A stretch of 64,000 bases of DNA, taken from positions 180,109-244,108 of the forward strand of contig JAAOMT010000369.1 in NCBI GenBank assembly GCA_016748015.1, given 5' to 3'. The notes beneath the pieces were generated by a model. It was not told where the DNA came from. It did no database searches and was given only the letters and a program-made list of their open reading frames with translations. Position 1 is the stretch's first letter. Every line of letters starts with the position of its first letter. Source of the stretch: Geosiphon pyriformis uo1 (taxonomy: Eukaryota > Fungi > Glomeromycota). Both the position numbers and the translations under genes were made by a program. Below are positions 1 through 13,930 of the stretch, in pieces.

Positions 1-1524
1 GAGATTGGTTACCAAGCAGGCTTTGAGTAAGCCTTTGGACAAGATCAACTTTCTGGGTGACAATAATGATAATGACATTCTCCTGGATAAACTTGTAGTA
101 CTTTCCCCTCCTCTCAAAAAGCTGGTCAATGTGTTTGCTAAGAAGTCTTTTACTTTGGATATTGATTTGATCAATGTTTCTGGAAAATCTGCTCAGGACA
201 AGCTGGCTGTGGTCAGGAAATTATTTTCAAAAATCAATGGTTTTGGGGGGCCTCTACCCTCTTAAAATTTTTTGGGATCATCCAGACAATGTTCACTTCC
301 GAATCAAGTTTGATGAAAGCTACTGAGTTGGCTACTGATGTGAAGATCCTGGTAAACACCAATCTTAAAAAATTGTCTAAACATTCAGATCAGGCTGTGG
401 TGTTAAAAAAGATTCCAATTGAGACATCAACTGAGACTGTACATGTTGCGCTATCCAAGTTTGGTTTAATTAAGTCAATCAAGATACAATTGATGGGGCT
501 GTGGCAAAAAGCTGTGGTCAAATTTGAACAGATTGATCATGCTGATTTGGTCGTAGCAAAATGGTCTATCCTAGTTGGAAAAAATGCAGTGCGTGTTGCC
601 AGATCAGATTTGGACAAAGAAACTTGGAATGTGAGAGACTGTTATAGGACTTTGCTCTACATTTTACCAATGAGCATAAATGCTCATGACATTTGGGACT
701 TTGTTTGCTTTGTGAGTGAGAAAACATGTGTAATTGATTATCACCCAGTTACTTATACTCAGACCAGATGTGCCACTGTCTGTTTTGACTTGGCTGAATT
801 GTTGAATGCCGTCATGGGAACCATGCCTGTGCTAAAAAGTGCTCATTTCCGCTGGTCTTATCTTGGTTCTGTTGTATGTGCAAAGTGTGGGAAATTTGGT
901 CATTCTTCTCTAGACTGTGTTTTAGGTGGAAAATCTTCTTCTGGTGGCTTGCCACGCTGGGTTTTTTCAGTTACAGATAAAAGCAGGCTGGCAGCCATTT
1001 ATGCCAAGCATTCAGCACCTATTGCTTGTTCTGTCTCTTTTGGCAGTGTCTCATGGGCCAAAATTGTTGGTAGATCCTTTTTTTCTCCTCTCCCTGTTCG
1101 GAATGTTTCATTGAATAATGGCTCCTCTTTGGAGATGAAGCCTACCCTTCCTGTTGTGAGAGATTTAGAAAAAAGGTTCGCTGTTTTGGAAAGCAGTATC
1201 ACCAACTTTGCAGGATGAATAGGTGAGTTGGCTAAGAGGTTGGACTCATTCATGCCAACAGTTTTCCAGCCTAGCCCTGAATGTCAGCTGTTGGTGACTC
1301 CCCCCCCATTACAGGATCAGGTGGGTAATATAGTGATGAGAGAGGGCTCGGATAAGGCCACTGGTGGTAATATTGCTGCAATATCAGTTTCTTTTGCATC
1401 GTCTGAGGTGAAAAGGCTAGAGAGTATGTTGGAAGGACTTTCTGCTTCAGTTCTGAGTCTAATGGCAAGATTTGATGGTTTGATCCTGGCTAGTAGTGCG
1501 CTTCCTATATCCCTTTCTCAATAA
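1..1524 (+). pseudogene. LINE-1 ORF1 (RRM-like domains, CCHC knuckle, coiled coil)
   Basis: ORF fragments 5-265, 289-1218 and 1228-1524. Motifs ALSKFGLIKSI..WQKAVVKF, CAKCGKFGHSSLDC and the heptad-like LEKRFAVLESSI. Confidence 0.85.
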
Positions 1525-4500
1525 CAGATCTAGTGTGAAGGATTACAACATGTAATGTTCAGGGCATAAACAATTCTGCAAAACAGGATGACATTATTCG
1601 GTGGCATTCGGAAATAGGCAGTTTGATTTCAATTGTTACTGAAACTAAGTTGAAAGGCAGGATCTATTCTTAAATCATAAACAAGTTTAAGGGTGTCCAG
1701 ATTTTCACTTCAGGTTTGGATAATGGTTATTTGGGTGTTGGTATGACAATTATTATGAACAATTCTTTGGCTTAGCATGTAAGTAAGATCTCGGAGGTTC
1801 CTGGCCAACTCTTCTCTATCAGATTGCTTTTCAAAAATAAACTTTTAGTGTTGATTTTGGGGCTTTACGCTGGCACTCCCTCATTGGTTCGGTTTTCTCA
1901 AGCTGGTGACATCAACTCTATGATAGCTAAAGCCATAAACAAAACTTCTTTTGTCATTCTTGGTGGTGATTTCAATAAGAACGGATCTCATAATTGTGCC
2001 AGTTTTAAAAAATGCTTTGATTTAGGTTTGGTCAACTCTTTGGGTGGGAGCTCTTTTGTTAAGTTACTGACTTGGTGCAATTCTCATGGTGTCGCCAAGA
2101 TGATTGATTACGTGTTTGTTTCCTCTAATTTGGTTAATGCTATTGTGGATCAAGGTGTAATGGGTGTTATTGATTTCTTTGATACTGATTATAAGGCTGT
2201 TTCTGTTTCTGTGGATCTGAGTAGTTTGTTGGATGTGCAGCTTTTTTCTCTGCGCAAGCAGACTAACAAAGATTGTTGGAAGTTTGACATTAAAAATGTC
2301 AATGCTGCGAAATGGTTGGAGTTCAAAGATGCTTTAGCTGCTAATGCTTCCATGTTCTTGGATGCATTTGCTATGGCTGAAAGGTTTTCAGATATGGATA
2401 TAATGTGAAACATTGTTCGCAAAATTGTGGTTATTTTAGCTGATAGAACATTCAAAAAAAATGGTTTAAGAGTTTTGATAGTGTTTTTAATAAAGTGTTT
2501 TCTAAATTTCACAAGCTGGAACTGCTTGTTTCTAAGCTGGTGAAGTCTTCTCACTTGGTCTCTGGTGGAAATTTTGCTTTGCTGTTAGATATGTGGGACA
2601 GGCTTGACTCAGTTGGTGCCTTGTCTGTGAAATATTTTTTCTTTTTAGATTCTAGTTTTGATATCATTTGCTCTGAGCTGGCTAAGGCAAGGAAGTCTTA
2701 CCACTCTTCTAAGTTGCTAGAATTTAAGTGTGCTGGGGAAGCTCGTATTAGGCAGGCTATTGAGGGTAGGATGGAGAGTTTCGAAATAGACAAGGGGCAT
2801 ACTATTAGGAGTGTTTTGAAACGTCCTTTTCATAAAGTGGTACTAGATCATTTGGTTGTGGGTAATAAGTTGGTCTTGGAGCCTGAATTGGTTAAATCTA
2901 AGGTTGATGAAATTATGGAAGGCTGGACTAGGAAGCGCATAGTAGTGTTAGATATCTCCAACTGTTAGATTACATCTTTGATGGTGCATTCTCCGGTGTG
3001 ATGTATTCAATTGGCTTTGATGAAATGTTTGATGTTGTTTTAAGTTTGCCTGATGGGAAGGTGGCTGGTCTCTCTGAAATCTCCAATGAACTGTGGAAAC
3101 ATTGTGACAGAAGGGTTCTGAATATGTTTTTGGTGCTTTTGAATTCTTGTTTGGAATGAGAGTCTGTGCCTGGGCCCTGGAGGGAGGCTTGGGTCTCCAT
3201 AATTCCTAAACCATATGAATGGGAGGGCGTTCTTACAAACACTCATCCTATTGCCTTGATTGAAACGGCTCACAAGATTTTTTTCAAGATTCTTTCAGAC
3301 AGGATTTTTTTGGCTTGCAGCAAATTTGATGTTTTCCATGGGGACAATTTTTCTGTTTTGAAGGGCATGATGACACAGTTGCCTATTTTTGCCATTGGAT
3401 CTGTGATGAAGGATGTCTTGGAGAAGAACCAGGAGCTGTGGCTGGTGTTGCAAGATATGTATAAGGCTTATGATTTTGTTGGTTGGAAGCATCTTGAAAA
3501 GAGCCTGGTCAGGATCAAAATGTATAACCAGTTTATTAGGTTTTTTGGCAGCATCTACAATGGTTGCACTAACAAAGTAATAACAGACTTTGGCCTAACT
3601 GATGGCTACCATGTCCACGATGGCTTGGATCAGAGTGAAGTTTTCTCACTGTTTTTTTGGCAGATATTTTATGATTCACTTTTGTGCAAGGTTAAAAGAC
3701 AAAAAAGCTTGTGTGGTTATAGACTGATTTCTCATTTTATTTCCAAAACTGGTCATGTAGAATCTCAGGCTGGATTGACATTATTTTTGGCTGCTGGTGC
3801 TTTCATTGATAACACAATTTGGGTTGGCAGCAGCCAGGCTGCGATGCAATACATTCTCAATGTTGCTAGTAAATTTTTTAGATTCAATGACATTTCTATT
3901 AACAATGACAAGACTGTTGCTATTCCTATTAACTGTCAGGTTGTGAACTCTTATCTGACTGTCAGTGGCTTGCCTATTTCCATTGTGAAAAAGGGGGAAT
4001 CTCATTGGTACCTAGGAATTTTTTTGTTTTCTGAGGGCCTTTCGAAGCCTAGTTTGGCTAAGGCTCACTTGGACATTCAGTTTTTTGTCAATCTTGTCCT
4101 AAGGAAAGCAATTTCAGATAAACAGTTTGCGTACTTGGTTTCTACAGTTTTTTTTTTATCATCAGCTACAAGACTCAATTCAGCTTTGTTTCTATTAGTG
4201 TGTGTGCCAAATAGGACTCTATGGTTTGTAAATGCTTAAAGTCTAAGTCTGGGCTTCCGCTTGATTTTTCCAATAACGCAGTTTATCATTTTTCTTTATA
4301 CAGTTTAAAGACTTTTGAGCAGACTCAAGCTGAGAGTAAATCAGCATTCATTATAGCTTTTGCTAATTCAGTTGGCACTTTGGGCCATTTGTTCTCCTAC
4401 AGGTCTCATGACCTTTAGGCTCTCAGCTGACATCCTTGTTACTCTTTGTTATTTCCGGCTCACATTAATGTTAATCCTTCGAATAACTTTTTGGCTGGCA

Positions 4501-6186
4501 TGGTTTGTATTTTTTCTGGATGATTTGTCTTTGGACGCCTTTTTTGCTAGTGTCTTTTGCCTTTATGATAGTACTCCTATGTCTCTTGTCCTTGGTAAAA
4601 AAATTTTTTTCAAATGTGTTTCATCGCTCAAGCATTATGGTATTGCTTTTGTGGATCAACTTTGTGACCAGAATGGTGTTATTTATGATTAGAAGTCCTT
4701 CAAGTGCTGGAAGAGGCTGGACCCCCGTGGCCTGGTTCTCTTCTGGTTTGATCTCTCTGTTCAGTTTCTCAATGGTGCTGCTCCTTCATCTGCTTGCTCT
4801 TCCTCTGTGAATGGTTGTGCTGCTTCTGATATTTGTTTGTCTTATAATTTTGGTATTGTTTGTGATGATCTGTTGGCCACTAATGTTGCTGCTCATTTTT
4901 CTGTATATATGGATGGATCTCTGAGTGGTTTGGGTACTGTTGATATGAAGGCTGGTGCTGCTGTGTTCTTTGAAGACATTAATTCAGGTTTGGGAATAGA
5001 AGTGTTTGGCTTGGTATCTTTTACGCTGATGGAGTTGCAGGCTATTGTTCTGGCTCTTGAATGTGTTCTTTCTTTTTGTTCAGTTGACTTGTTCTCAGAC
5101 AGCCAAGCTGCTTTGGATGCATACAAAGCTGAATTTTTGTTGGCTCATTTAGACTTCAGAAATCAGTGTTGGATCAAATGACGCCATATTGCTAACATTG
5201 TTTGTAAAAAAAATTTAGATGTAAATTGGGTCAAGATTAAGGGTCACTTGGGCATCTTGGGCAATAAACAGGCTGATGCGTTCACTAAAATAGCTGCTTC
5301 TTCTTCTTGGCAGCTACCCCATGTGGTCAGTGAATGTTTTTTGAGGGCTAGTGGCTCTGCAGTTTCTGGTAATTCATGATATTTTGTTCATGACATTTTC
5401 TGTTCAGTTCACCATGCACATTGAAAGGTTGGTTCTGGTTCTAGAGTCATGGTAGATAGGCTGTATGCTGACATTAACTGGTCCAAATCTTCTTTGGTGT
5501 GGTATTCAGACTTCCACCTAGCTACTGGTTTTACTAGTGCTCGGACTGCTGGTTTTTGGATGTATTTTATGAAGGCTTTGCACCATTGCCTTCCAGTGGC
5601 TGTATATAAGCGTGTTTATAATAGGTGTTACCCCAGTGTTACGTGTTTGTTCTGTGGGGATGTTGAGGTCTCAGACCATGTTTTTTTCTGTTCATCTGAT
5701 GCTGCTGGTCATGCTCATCTGGTGGATGTTCATGCTTCTATTTGGGAATTGTGCTTGGGTTTATCTCAGTCTTTCTCTTGTGTTTTACAGTTGCTGTCTA
5801 CTCACTTCTTTAATGTTATTGTTGGTACAGCTCTGTATAAGGGCTTTGTTTTTTGTGAATGGTATTATGAGTCTGTTTTCATCTTCAAGGATCCTAAGGT
5901 TGCAGTCCAGAATATTGTGGCCTTTGTGCATGATTTCTGTCTTGCATTCCGGAATGATATCTGACTAGTGTGAACTAAATACCGAGCTTTTATGGAGAAG
6001 GGTGGGTTGATTCTGTGTGATGGTTTTGTTCTTGTAACTGTATCTGGTCTTTTCTCTGTGCTTTCGGCTGGTGTTGTTAGGTTGCTAGGCATTGCTGATG
6101 CTTTTGGTGTTGGTTTTGGGTATTATAGATGTTGTTTGTTCTTTTCGGATATTAAAGATGAGGCTTCTGTTTATATAGGAGTGTAG
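1521..6186 (+). pseudogene. LINE-1 ORF2 (AP endonuclease, reverse transcriptase, RNase H, C-terminal Zn finger)
   Basis: APE: TCNVQG, ETK, GGDFN, IDYVF. RT: IIPKP..PIALIE, QDMYKAYD, FIDN (decayed FxDD), YLG. RNase H: VYMDGS, ELQAI, DSQAAL, WVKIKGH..GNxxAD. Zn finger: CLFCGDVEVSDHVFFC. Confidence 0.92.
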
Positions 6187-6521
6187 TGTCATTCTGATTA
6201 GCTCAAGTGGCTAGTTATGTGTAGAAAATGCATAATTCGCATCTAGTTTAGATCATATATTGATGTATTGTACTAGTTTGCATTTGGACTTTACTCAATA
6301 AACGTGATTAAAAAAAATATATATATTAAATAATATTAAAAAAAATATTATAATTTTTTTTTATATTCTTAAATTTTTGTTTTGTTAATTTTTTTATTAT
6401 TAATACAATTTAACGAGCAAAATTCAACTGTTACTTAGTATACTTAAAATATTTATTATTTAAATTTATTTAAAATACATAAATTTTAGCTTAAATTATT
6501 TAAATTGTTTAAACCAAAAAC

Positions 6522-6522
<1 letters not shown>

Positions 6523-6557
<35 letters not shown>
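6523..6557. repeat. (TTA)n microsatellite in an AT-rich spacer
   Basis: Read directly from the sequence. Confidence 0.9.
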
Positions 6558-7060
6558 TAATACAATATATTATATTAAATAATCTAAATTAAATATAATT
6601 TACATGTTTTTTACATATAATTAAACATAAATTTAATTTAAATTATATATTAAGTTTATAAAAAAAAATTATTTTAAAAAAACATTTTATACATAATTAT
6701 AATTAAAAAATTATTATTTATAATAATATTACCTAATTATTTAATAGTTTTATCTGTATTTAACTTAATATTAACTAATTAATATTTTTAAAAAGCCAAT
6801 AACTAAGTATTAATATCTTTATTAAAAATATTATTAAAATTTTTTATATAATTAGTTGTAATATTATATTTAATTTTAATTATTTTTATATTAATTTTAT
6901 TTAAAACTTACCAAATTGAAATTAAATTAAAAATAAACTTTTTTCTTTATTGATTTTCTGATTACAGTAAAAACATAAAATAGTCAAAAAAAAAAATTTT
7001 TTTCTTCTTTTCTCTTTTGTTTTTTTAATTATTTTTTTAATTATATTTTTATTTTCTGTT

Positions 7061-10000
7061 ATAAAACCAATAAATTCTGTTGCCAGTAGTTTTGATTATG
7101 CTTTTGCTGAATTAGAAACTCAGTTTAGCACTAAGAAGAAGTGAATTAAAAATGTTTACTCTTATAATATGTTCTATAAGAAACTGAAAAAACCTGAAGC
7201 CAATTTTAGTATAATTAATTTATTAGCTGGCCTTTTAAACAATTAATATTAACAGTATTGATAAAAAAATTGCAAAGTCTTGAAATAACAAAGTAAATAG
7301 TAAGATAAGCAGTATAAGTGATTTGTTAAACATAAAAAACATAAAAAACATAGTTGCAAAGAAAACTAATTATGTCAATTTGAATGCTTTAGTGATTAAT
7401 AAAATAGTAAACAATACTATTTTTAAGAAAATATGCACTTAAACATATGTTTTAGGTTGCTTTTTAAAGACTTTTTTGTTTGATATATTGAGCAATAATA
7501 ACAATGTTTTAGCACTTTTGTCTTTTAAGTTTGCTGGTTTTAAGCAATTACTATTGGTTAAATTATATGTCTTAAAAAAATAGAATTTTAATTCAGTAAA
7601 ATTGTTCACATTGAATATTAAGCTGTCTGCTGTTTTTGACAAAACTAATAGTAATAAGTTAATTACAGTAAAAAAGTTTTTATATTATATTAATAATTTT
7701 GGGAAAAGTATTTATTCTTTTAAAATTTTCAGAAATTATTAGATTTACATTTATATTAGAATTGAGTTTAAAAAAAACTAAAAATATGACTATTAGTAAG
7801 AAAATTTTGGTGAATAATAATGTTAAAAAAATAAACAGTCATATAAATTGGAAAATAATTGTCAAGAAAATTCTAGTTAATCTTCTCAAATTGGCTGTAA
7901 AATTAGTTTTTTCTAAATTTAACAAGATTTTATCAATTAAAATACAGTTTATTGGTCTTTGGCAAAAGACTTTAGTTAAATTTGAGTTTGCTAATGTTGT
8001 TAATTTGGTTTTGGCTAAATAATTAATTTTCATGAATAAAAATTTTATGTGTATGATCAAGACTATTGATAATAAACAAACATAAATATTTAAAAATTAG
8101 TATTAGACTTTGCTGTATACCCTATCAGTTGGCACTACTACTCATAATTTTTTTGATTTGTTGACTTTATATGGTAAAAAAACTTGTTTTGTTGGCCATG
8201 ATTCAAGCTTATATAAACATAATCAGTATGTAATTGTTTGTTTTACTAATAAATCATTAAAAAAAGTTACTATTAATTTTATTTTAGTATTTAAAAATGT
8301 GAATTTGCATTAGATTGGCTTATTACTAATTATTTGTTTTTAGTATAAACAATTTGGTTATGTTTTTGTTATATGTTCTGATAATATAAATTCAAATAGT
8401 TATAATAAGCCAATTTTATTTCAGAATTAAGTGTATTTGATTATATATATAAGAAAAAACAAGCTCTTATAGCCTTGGTCTCTTTGGTAATAAAACTTGG
8501 ATTTAAGTTGTCAGTAGTTCTTCATTTTCTCTTTTTTTATGTAAAATAGTTTTTTAAAGATTGGCTCTTCTTTAAAAAAAAACTTTTTCTATTGGTTAGA
8601 TTAAAAATGAGTAAAAAAATTGCTGTTTTTGAGCACAGTTTTATCAATTTTGTAGAGCAAATTGATAAGTTGCCTAAGAGATTAGATATATTTAAGCCAA
8701 AAGTTTTTTAGCTTAACTCTGAATATTAGTTATTAGTAACTTTTTTATCACAAAATTAAGGAACAAATACAGTAATAAGTAAAAATTTGGATATAACTAC
8801 TAATAATAAAACTGTTATAAAAGCAAAATTTTTTGATTTGTTAATTATTTCTAAGTTAAAAGACAATATAAACAATTTGTCAAAGATAATTATAAGTTTT
8901 TTGACCAAAATAAAGAATAAAAGTTTAAGTTCAGACACTTTTATTTAACAATAACTAATCTGATTTATAGAATTGCTATATGTAATATTTGTAGTATTAA
9001 TATTTTTGCTAAACAAAATAATGTTGTTTATTAATATGTAAACTCAAATAACATGATTTTTATTATTATAAAAACAAAATTGAGGTCTAATATTAAGTCA
9101 TAAATCATAAATAAGTTTGATGAGATCCAGATTTTTACATTTAATTTGAATATAAGTTTTCTTAGTGCTAATGTAACAATTATTATGAACAGTTTTTTAG
9201 TTTGTTATATTTTAAAGATTGATGAAATTCCAGACAAAATTATTTTAATTTGACTTTTGTTTAAGAATAAGCTCTCAATTATAGTTTTTGAAGTTATATG
9301 CTAATGCTTTTGCTAAGACTAAATTTAAACAGACATTGAAGATTAATTTTTTTATTATCAAAGTAATTAATTCCAATACTTTTGTGGTCTTAAGTAGAAA
9401 TTTCAATAAGAACAAATCCAAAAAAAGTGCAAGTTTCAAATTTTGTTTAGATATAAGTTTAGTTAATTTATTTAATAAACATTTATTGATTAAAATTTCT
9501 ACTTAAAACAATTTTAAAAGTATTGAAAAGGTAATAGATTTTGTGTTTATAAATAAAAACTTAACTTTTGTGATTGTAGACCATAAGATTAATAATATGT
9601 TTGAATTCTTTAATATGGATTATAAAGCAGTCTTAGTTTCAGTTAGTTTGGATAATCTCTTAAATGCTTATTTTAATAGTATTTGTAAGTAAATCAATAA
9701 AAATTGATGAAAGTTTAAGATAAAAGATGCAAATAAAATCAAGTAAATAAAATTTAAGAAGTGTTTTTTTACTAAACTGTTAATAGTATTAAGTATGTTT
9801 AAAAAGGCAAAAAATAATGATAATTTAGAAAGAATATAGAAGGTATTAAGAGAAATTATAATATATTTTACTGATATAGTGTTCTTTAAATATTAGTATA
9901 GTAAATATAATTGCTCAAAAAACAAACAATTATTAAGATTTTTCAAATTAGAGCTGTTTATTGCCAAAATTATAAAAAATTTGAATTTAAAGGATTTTTT

Positions 10001-13000
10001 GGGATTTAAATATCTTATTAAATTTTGGTTGACTGTTAATTATATTAAGATTTCTAAAATAATCAGTATAGTTTAAAATAGTATAAAATCAAAAAACATT
10101 GTTAAATATTTGTTAATAGTCAAGAAAAGTTATTATAAATTTAAATATTATAAATTAAAGCATCAGAAAATATGGCAATCAGAAAAGCTATTAAACAATA
10201 TATGGAAAATTTTTGTTTTAAAAAAGAACAAATGATAAAAGTATTTTAAAACAGCTTTTTACAAAGTTATTTTGGATTACTTAATGATTGGAGAAAATTT
10301 GGTTGTAAAATCTGATGAAATAAAGCTTAAAGTCAATAAAATTATAAAAAAATAGATGAAAAAGAAATTTGTGTTTTTAAAAATGCCTAATTTTTGGTTT
10401 TGTTAATATTTGTCTTTGAATTATGTAAATAATAGTGCATTTTTTGGTATAATAAAAGAGATTAACATAAATGAATTGGTTTTAATAATTAATAATCTGT
10501 CTGATAATAAGACTGTTAGATTGTTTGATATTTTAAATAAACTTTGAAAGCATTATAGTAAAATTGTCTTAAAGTGTTTTTTGAGTTTGTTAAATTTTTG
10601 TTTGGCTTTAAATCATATTTTAGTTTCTTAAAAAAGAATATGAATTTCAATAATTTCTAAATCTTATAAATAAGATAGTATTTTGATAAATATTTAACTT
10701 ATTGTATTGATTAAAATAACTAGAAAAATTTTATCTAAAATCTTTTCTGATCAGATTTTCTTTGCATATAGCAAATTTAGTGTTTTTTATAATAATAATT
10801 TTTTAATATTAAAAAACATCTTAATTCAGTCTTTTATTTTTGCTATTAGATTAGTTATTAAAAATGTTTTGAAAAAAATAAAGAGCTTTAATTGGTCTTA
10901 TAAAATATGTACAAAGCTTATAACTTAGTAAAGTAATATTATTTGAAAGCTAGCTTATAATATATCAAAATATGTAGTTGGTTTATTAAGTTTTTTGGTA
11001 ATATATATAAAAACAAGATTAATAGAATTATAATTAATTTTGTGCTTTTAAATATTTACAAAGCACAAAATAAATTGGATTAAAATAAAGTTTTTCCTCT
11101 TTTTTTTGAAGTATTTTTTATGATTTTTTTTGGTGTAAAGTTAAAAGACATAAAAATTTATGTGAATATTAAATTAATACTAAGTTTGTGACCAAGAGTG
11201 GTAAAAAAAAACATTATTTTTTGTTGCTAATGCCTTTATTAATAACACAATTTAAGTTAAGAATTGCTAAACTTTTATGCAATATATTTTGAATATTGCT
11301 AATAAGTTCTTTAATATTAATAATATTTTAATTAATAAAAAAATAATAATTGCTATTTTTATTAACCAGAGTATTAAAATTGCTTTACTAATAATCAATA
11401 ACTTGTTTATTTCAATTGCTAAAAAAAGTAAATTACATAAATACTTAAAATTTTTTTTGTTAACTAAGAGTTTTTTTAAGTCTAGTTTAGCTTAAGTTCA
11501 TGCTGGTGTCAGGTTTTTTTTTCAATATAGTATTAAAAAAAGCAATTACAAATAAGCAGTTTTTTTATTTAGTATTAGCAGTTTTACAATCTATAGTTAA
11601 CTACCAATTGCAATTTAATTTTGTCTTATTAAGTGTATAGTATAAATAAAATGTGATAATTAAAAAAGATCTTAAGATTAAGACTAATTTGCCACAAAAC
11701 ACTTCTAATAAAGTTTTGTATTATCTTTTTTTGTATAGTTTAAAGCTCTTTAAACAAATACAATCTAAAAAGAAGTTGGCTTCTTTAATTACTTTCTCTA
11801 ATGTTTTAAGCATTTTTAAATATTTGTTTAATTCTAGGTTTTTGGATTTGCAAATTTTGGAGTGGGTCTTTTTGAATTTTTTGTAGTTTTTTGTCAAGTT
11901 ATATGTTAGTTTTGTAAATAATTTTTGGCTAAGGTGGTAAAAATTTTTTTAAATAATAATTTATTCTTAATAAACAATTTTTTTAATATATTTTGTAGTT
12001 TTGATAAGTTTTTAATGTCAAATATCTTGGAAAAAACCATGTATTATAGTTTTGTTTATTTTTTAAAATGATTTGAGATTGTTTTTAATAACAAATTTTT
12101 GGACAAAAAAAGTAATGTGATAAATAAAAAATATTTTATTAATAAAAAAAATTAAATCTTAAGAGTTCTATACTTTATTGATTTGAACTGACATTAAAGT
12201 TTTTGTGTAATAAGAGTTCTTTAATAGTTAATTCTGTCAATATTAGTGAATTATATAGTTTAGACATTCTAGACTTTAAAAAATTTTCTAATATGTAGAG
12301 GTATTTATATAAAGTTTGGTCTAATTTTATTGTGGTTTATACAGATAAGTTTTTAAAATATACAGGTTTTGTTAAAGTTGCTAATAAGACAACTATTTAT
12401 TTTTCTGTTATAAATATGAGTATTAGTGTTAAGGTACATGAATTTTTGTTGTTTACAATAACCAAATTACAAACTATTGCTCTGTTTTTGAAATGTGTTT
12501 TATTTTTCTGTATGGTGGTCTTGTATCTGAATAGCCAAGTTGCTATTGATATGTGTGTGACTGAGATTTTGTTTGCTGCACCAGACTTTTATAATCAATA
12601 CTGAATAGAAAAAAACATATTGCCAATTTAATTAGAGATAAGAATTTTTTTGTTAATTAAATAAAGATTAAAAATTATTTAGAAATTTAAAACAATATTA
12701 AGATTAATGTAATAATAGGTAAGACTGCTTATTTTTTATTTTCTTTGCTAATTGAAATGTGTAAATGTTTTATAGTGGCTGAAAACACAACTATGTTTAA
12801 CAATACTTATTATTTTGTTTGCAATTTATATAGATTTATTTATTATACTTGATAGAAAACTGGTTCTGGTTATAATGTAATTTCGAATATGCTGATTAAA
12901 AAGGTAGATTGGTTAGCTATTACAAAAATTTGGCACTCTGATTTGTATATATTTTCTGAGTTTACTGGTAAAAAGTTTGCTAATCTGTATATGTACTTTA

Positions 13001-13189
13001 TAAAAGTAATATATAGACAGCTGTTAATAGTAGTTAAAAAAAGATTATATAACAATATCCAAATATGTTGTATTTGCTGTGTAGTAAGGTAAAGTTGTTA
13101 AATTACATCTTTACTTATGCTAAAGATGATAATATTTGAAAAAAAATTTTGGCAAAAACTTCTAAACAGGAAGTTTTTTTGGCAAGTGC
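7061..13189 (+). mobile_element. LINE-2, 5' segment: heavily AT-decayed relative of LINE-1 (ORF1 and most of ORF2)
   Basis: Colinear with LINE-1: FSKFNKILSIKIQFIGLWQK, MQYILNIANKFF, VYTDK, NSQVAID. Interrupted at 13190 by gypsy A. Confidence 0.88.
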
Positions 13190-13930
13190 TGTTACAGATG
13201 ATTATTCAGGATCTCAAATCAAATAACAAATCCGTAACTTGGTACTTGGTTAGTATTCTGGTGTTGATATCTGAAGATTTGTTGTGGAGTTCTTTGTATA
13301 ATGAACAGAGATTCAATAATGATAAAGTTGGTTAGCGAGTTGTTTTCCCAATTTCTGTCTTCAGTGTAGTGGCCAGTTTATTCTGGCAGTCATGCCCTTC
13401 TGATAAGCTATCCATTAATATATGATTCTACCCTTATTTCTGGGTCTTTTACCAGGCTATTTGTGATATCAATTACTCAGTGCTTTAATCCTTAATCAAT
13501 TAGTATACAACAATAAAATCAAAGAAAGAAAAATAAAAGAAATAAAGAAATGAGCTAAGACAACATGCAAGTTAGTACTTTATCAATAGCCATAATCAAG
13601 AGCTATTGTTTCAATGTGGTTAAGTGTCAAGAACTATCAACATGAAGTGTTGATAGTAGAGAACAGATTGAAATAGTTAATAATTATTTATTTGTGATGT
13701 GGAAAGTTGCTTAGATTAAGTCTAAACAGAGAGATCTGTTTTTTCTACTTCTAATGCTATCACTATATATACATAATTTTGGGTTCTATAAGATCGCTTA
13801 CATTCTTGAGTGATGTGCTATAATTTCTCAAGCAATACTTACATTGCTAAGCAATATGCTTATGTGCTAACTATTACTCTCTTATTGGTTTACTATTTTC
13901 TATATCTGTTTTCTTTTTTTATGAGTAATA
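13190..13930 (-). repeat. 3' LTR of A
   Basis: Direct repeat of 30185-30924; adjacent purine tract AAAAGGAGAAGATAA on the - strand. Confidence 0.92.

Larger units (their letters stand above)
1..6317 (+). mobile_element. LINE-1: L1-type non-LTR retrotransposon with RNase H; 5' end lies outside the window
   Basis: ORF1 followed by ORF2 (APE-RT-RNaseH-CCHC), a ~120 bp 3'UTR, AATAAA at ~6297 and an A-tail to 6317. Many premature stops. Confidence 0.93.

Noticed and set aside
1521-6186. Alternative genetic code (TGA = Trp)
   Set aside because: TAG and TAA stops and frameshifts also interrupt the frames, and host genes end in TGA. Mutational decay explains it.
13571-13657. Known self-cleaving ribozyme in the LTRs
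   Set aside because: No hammerhead CUGAUGA/GAAA core, and no HDV P3/P4 or twister consensus found by eye.
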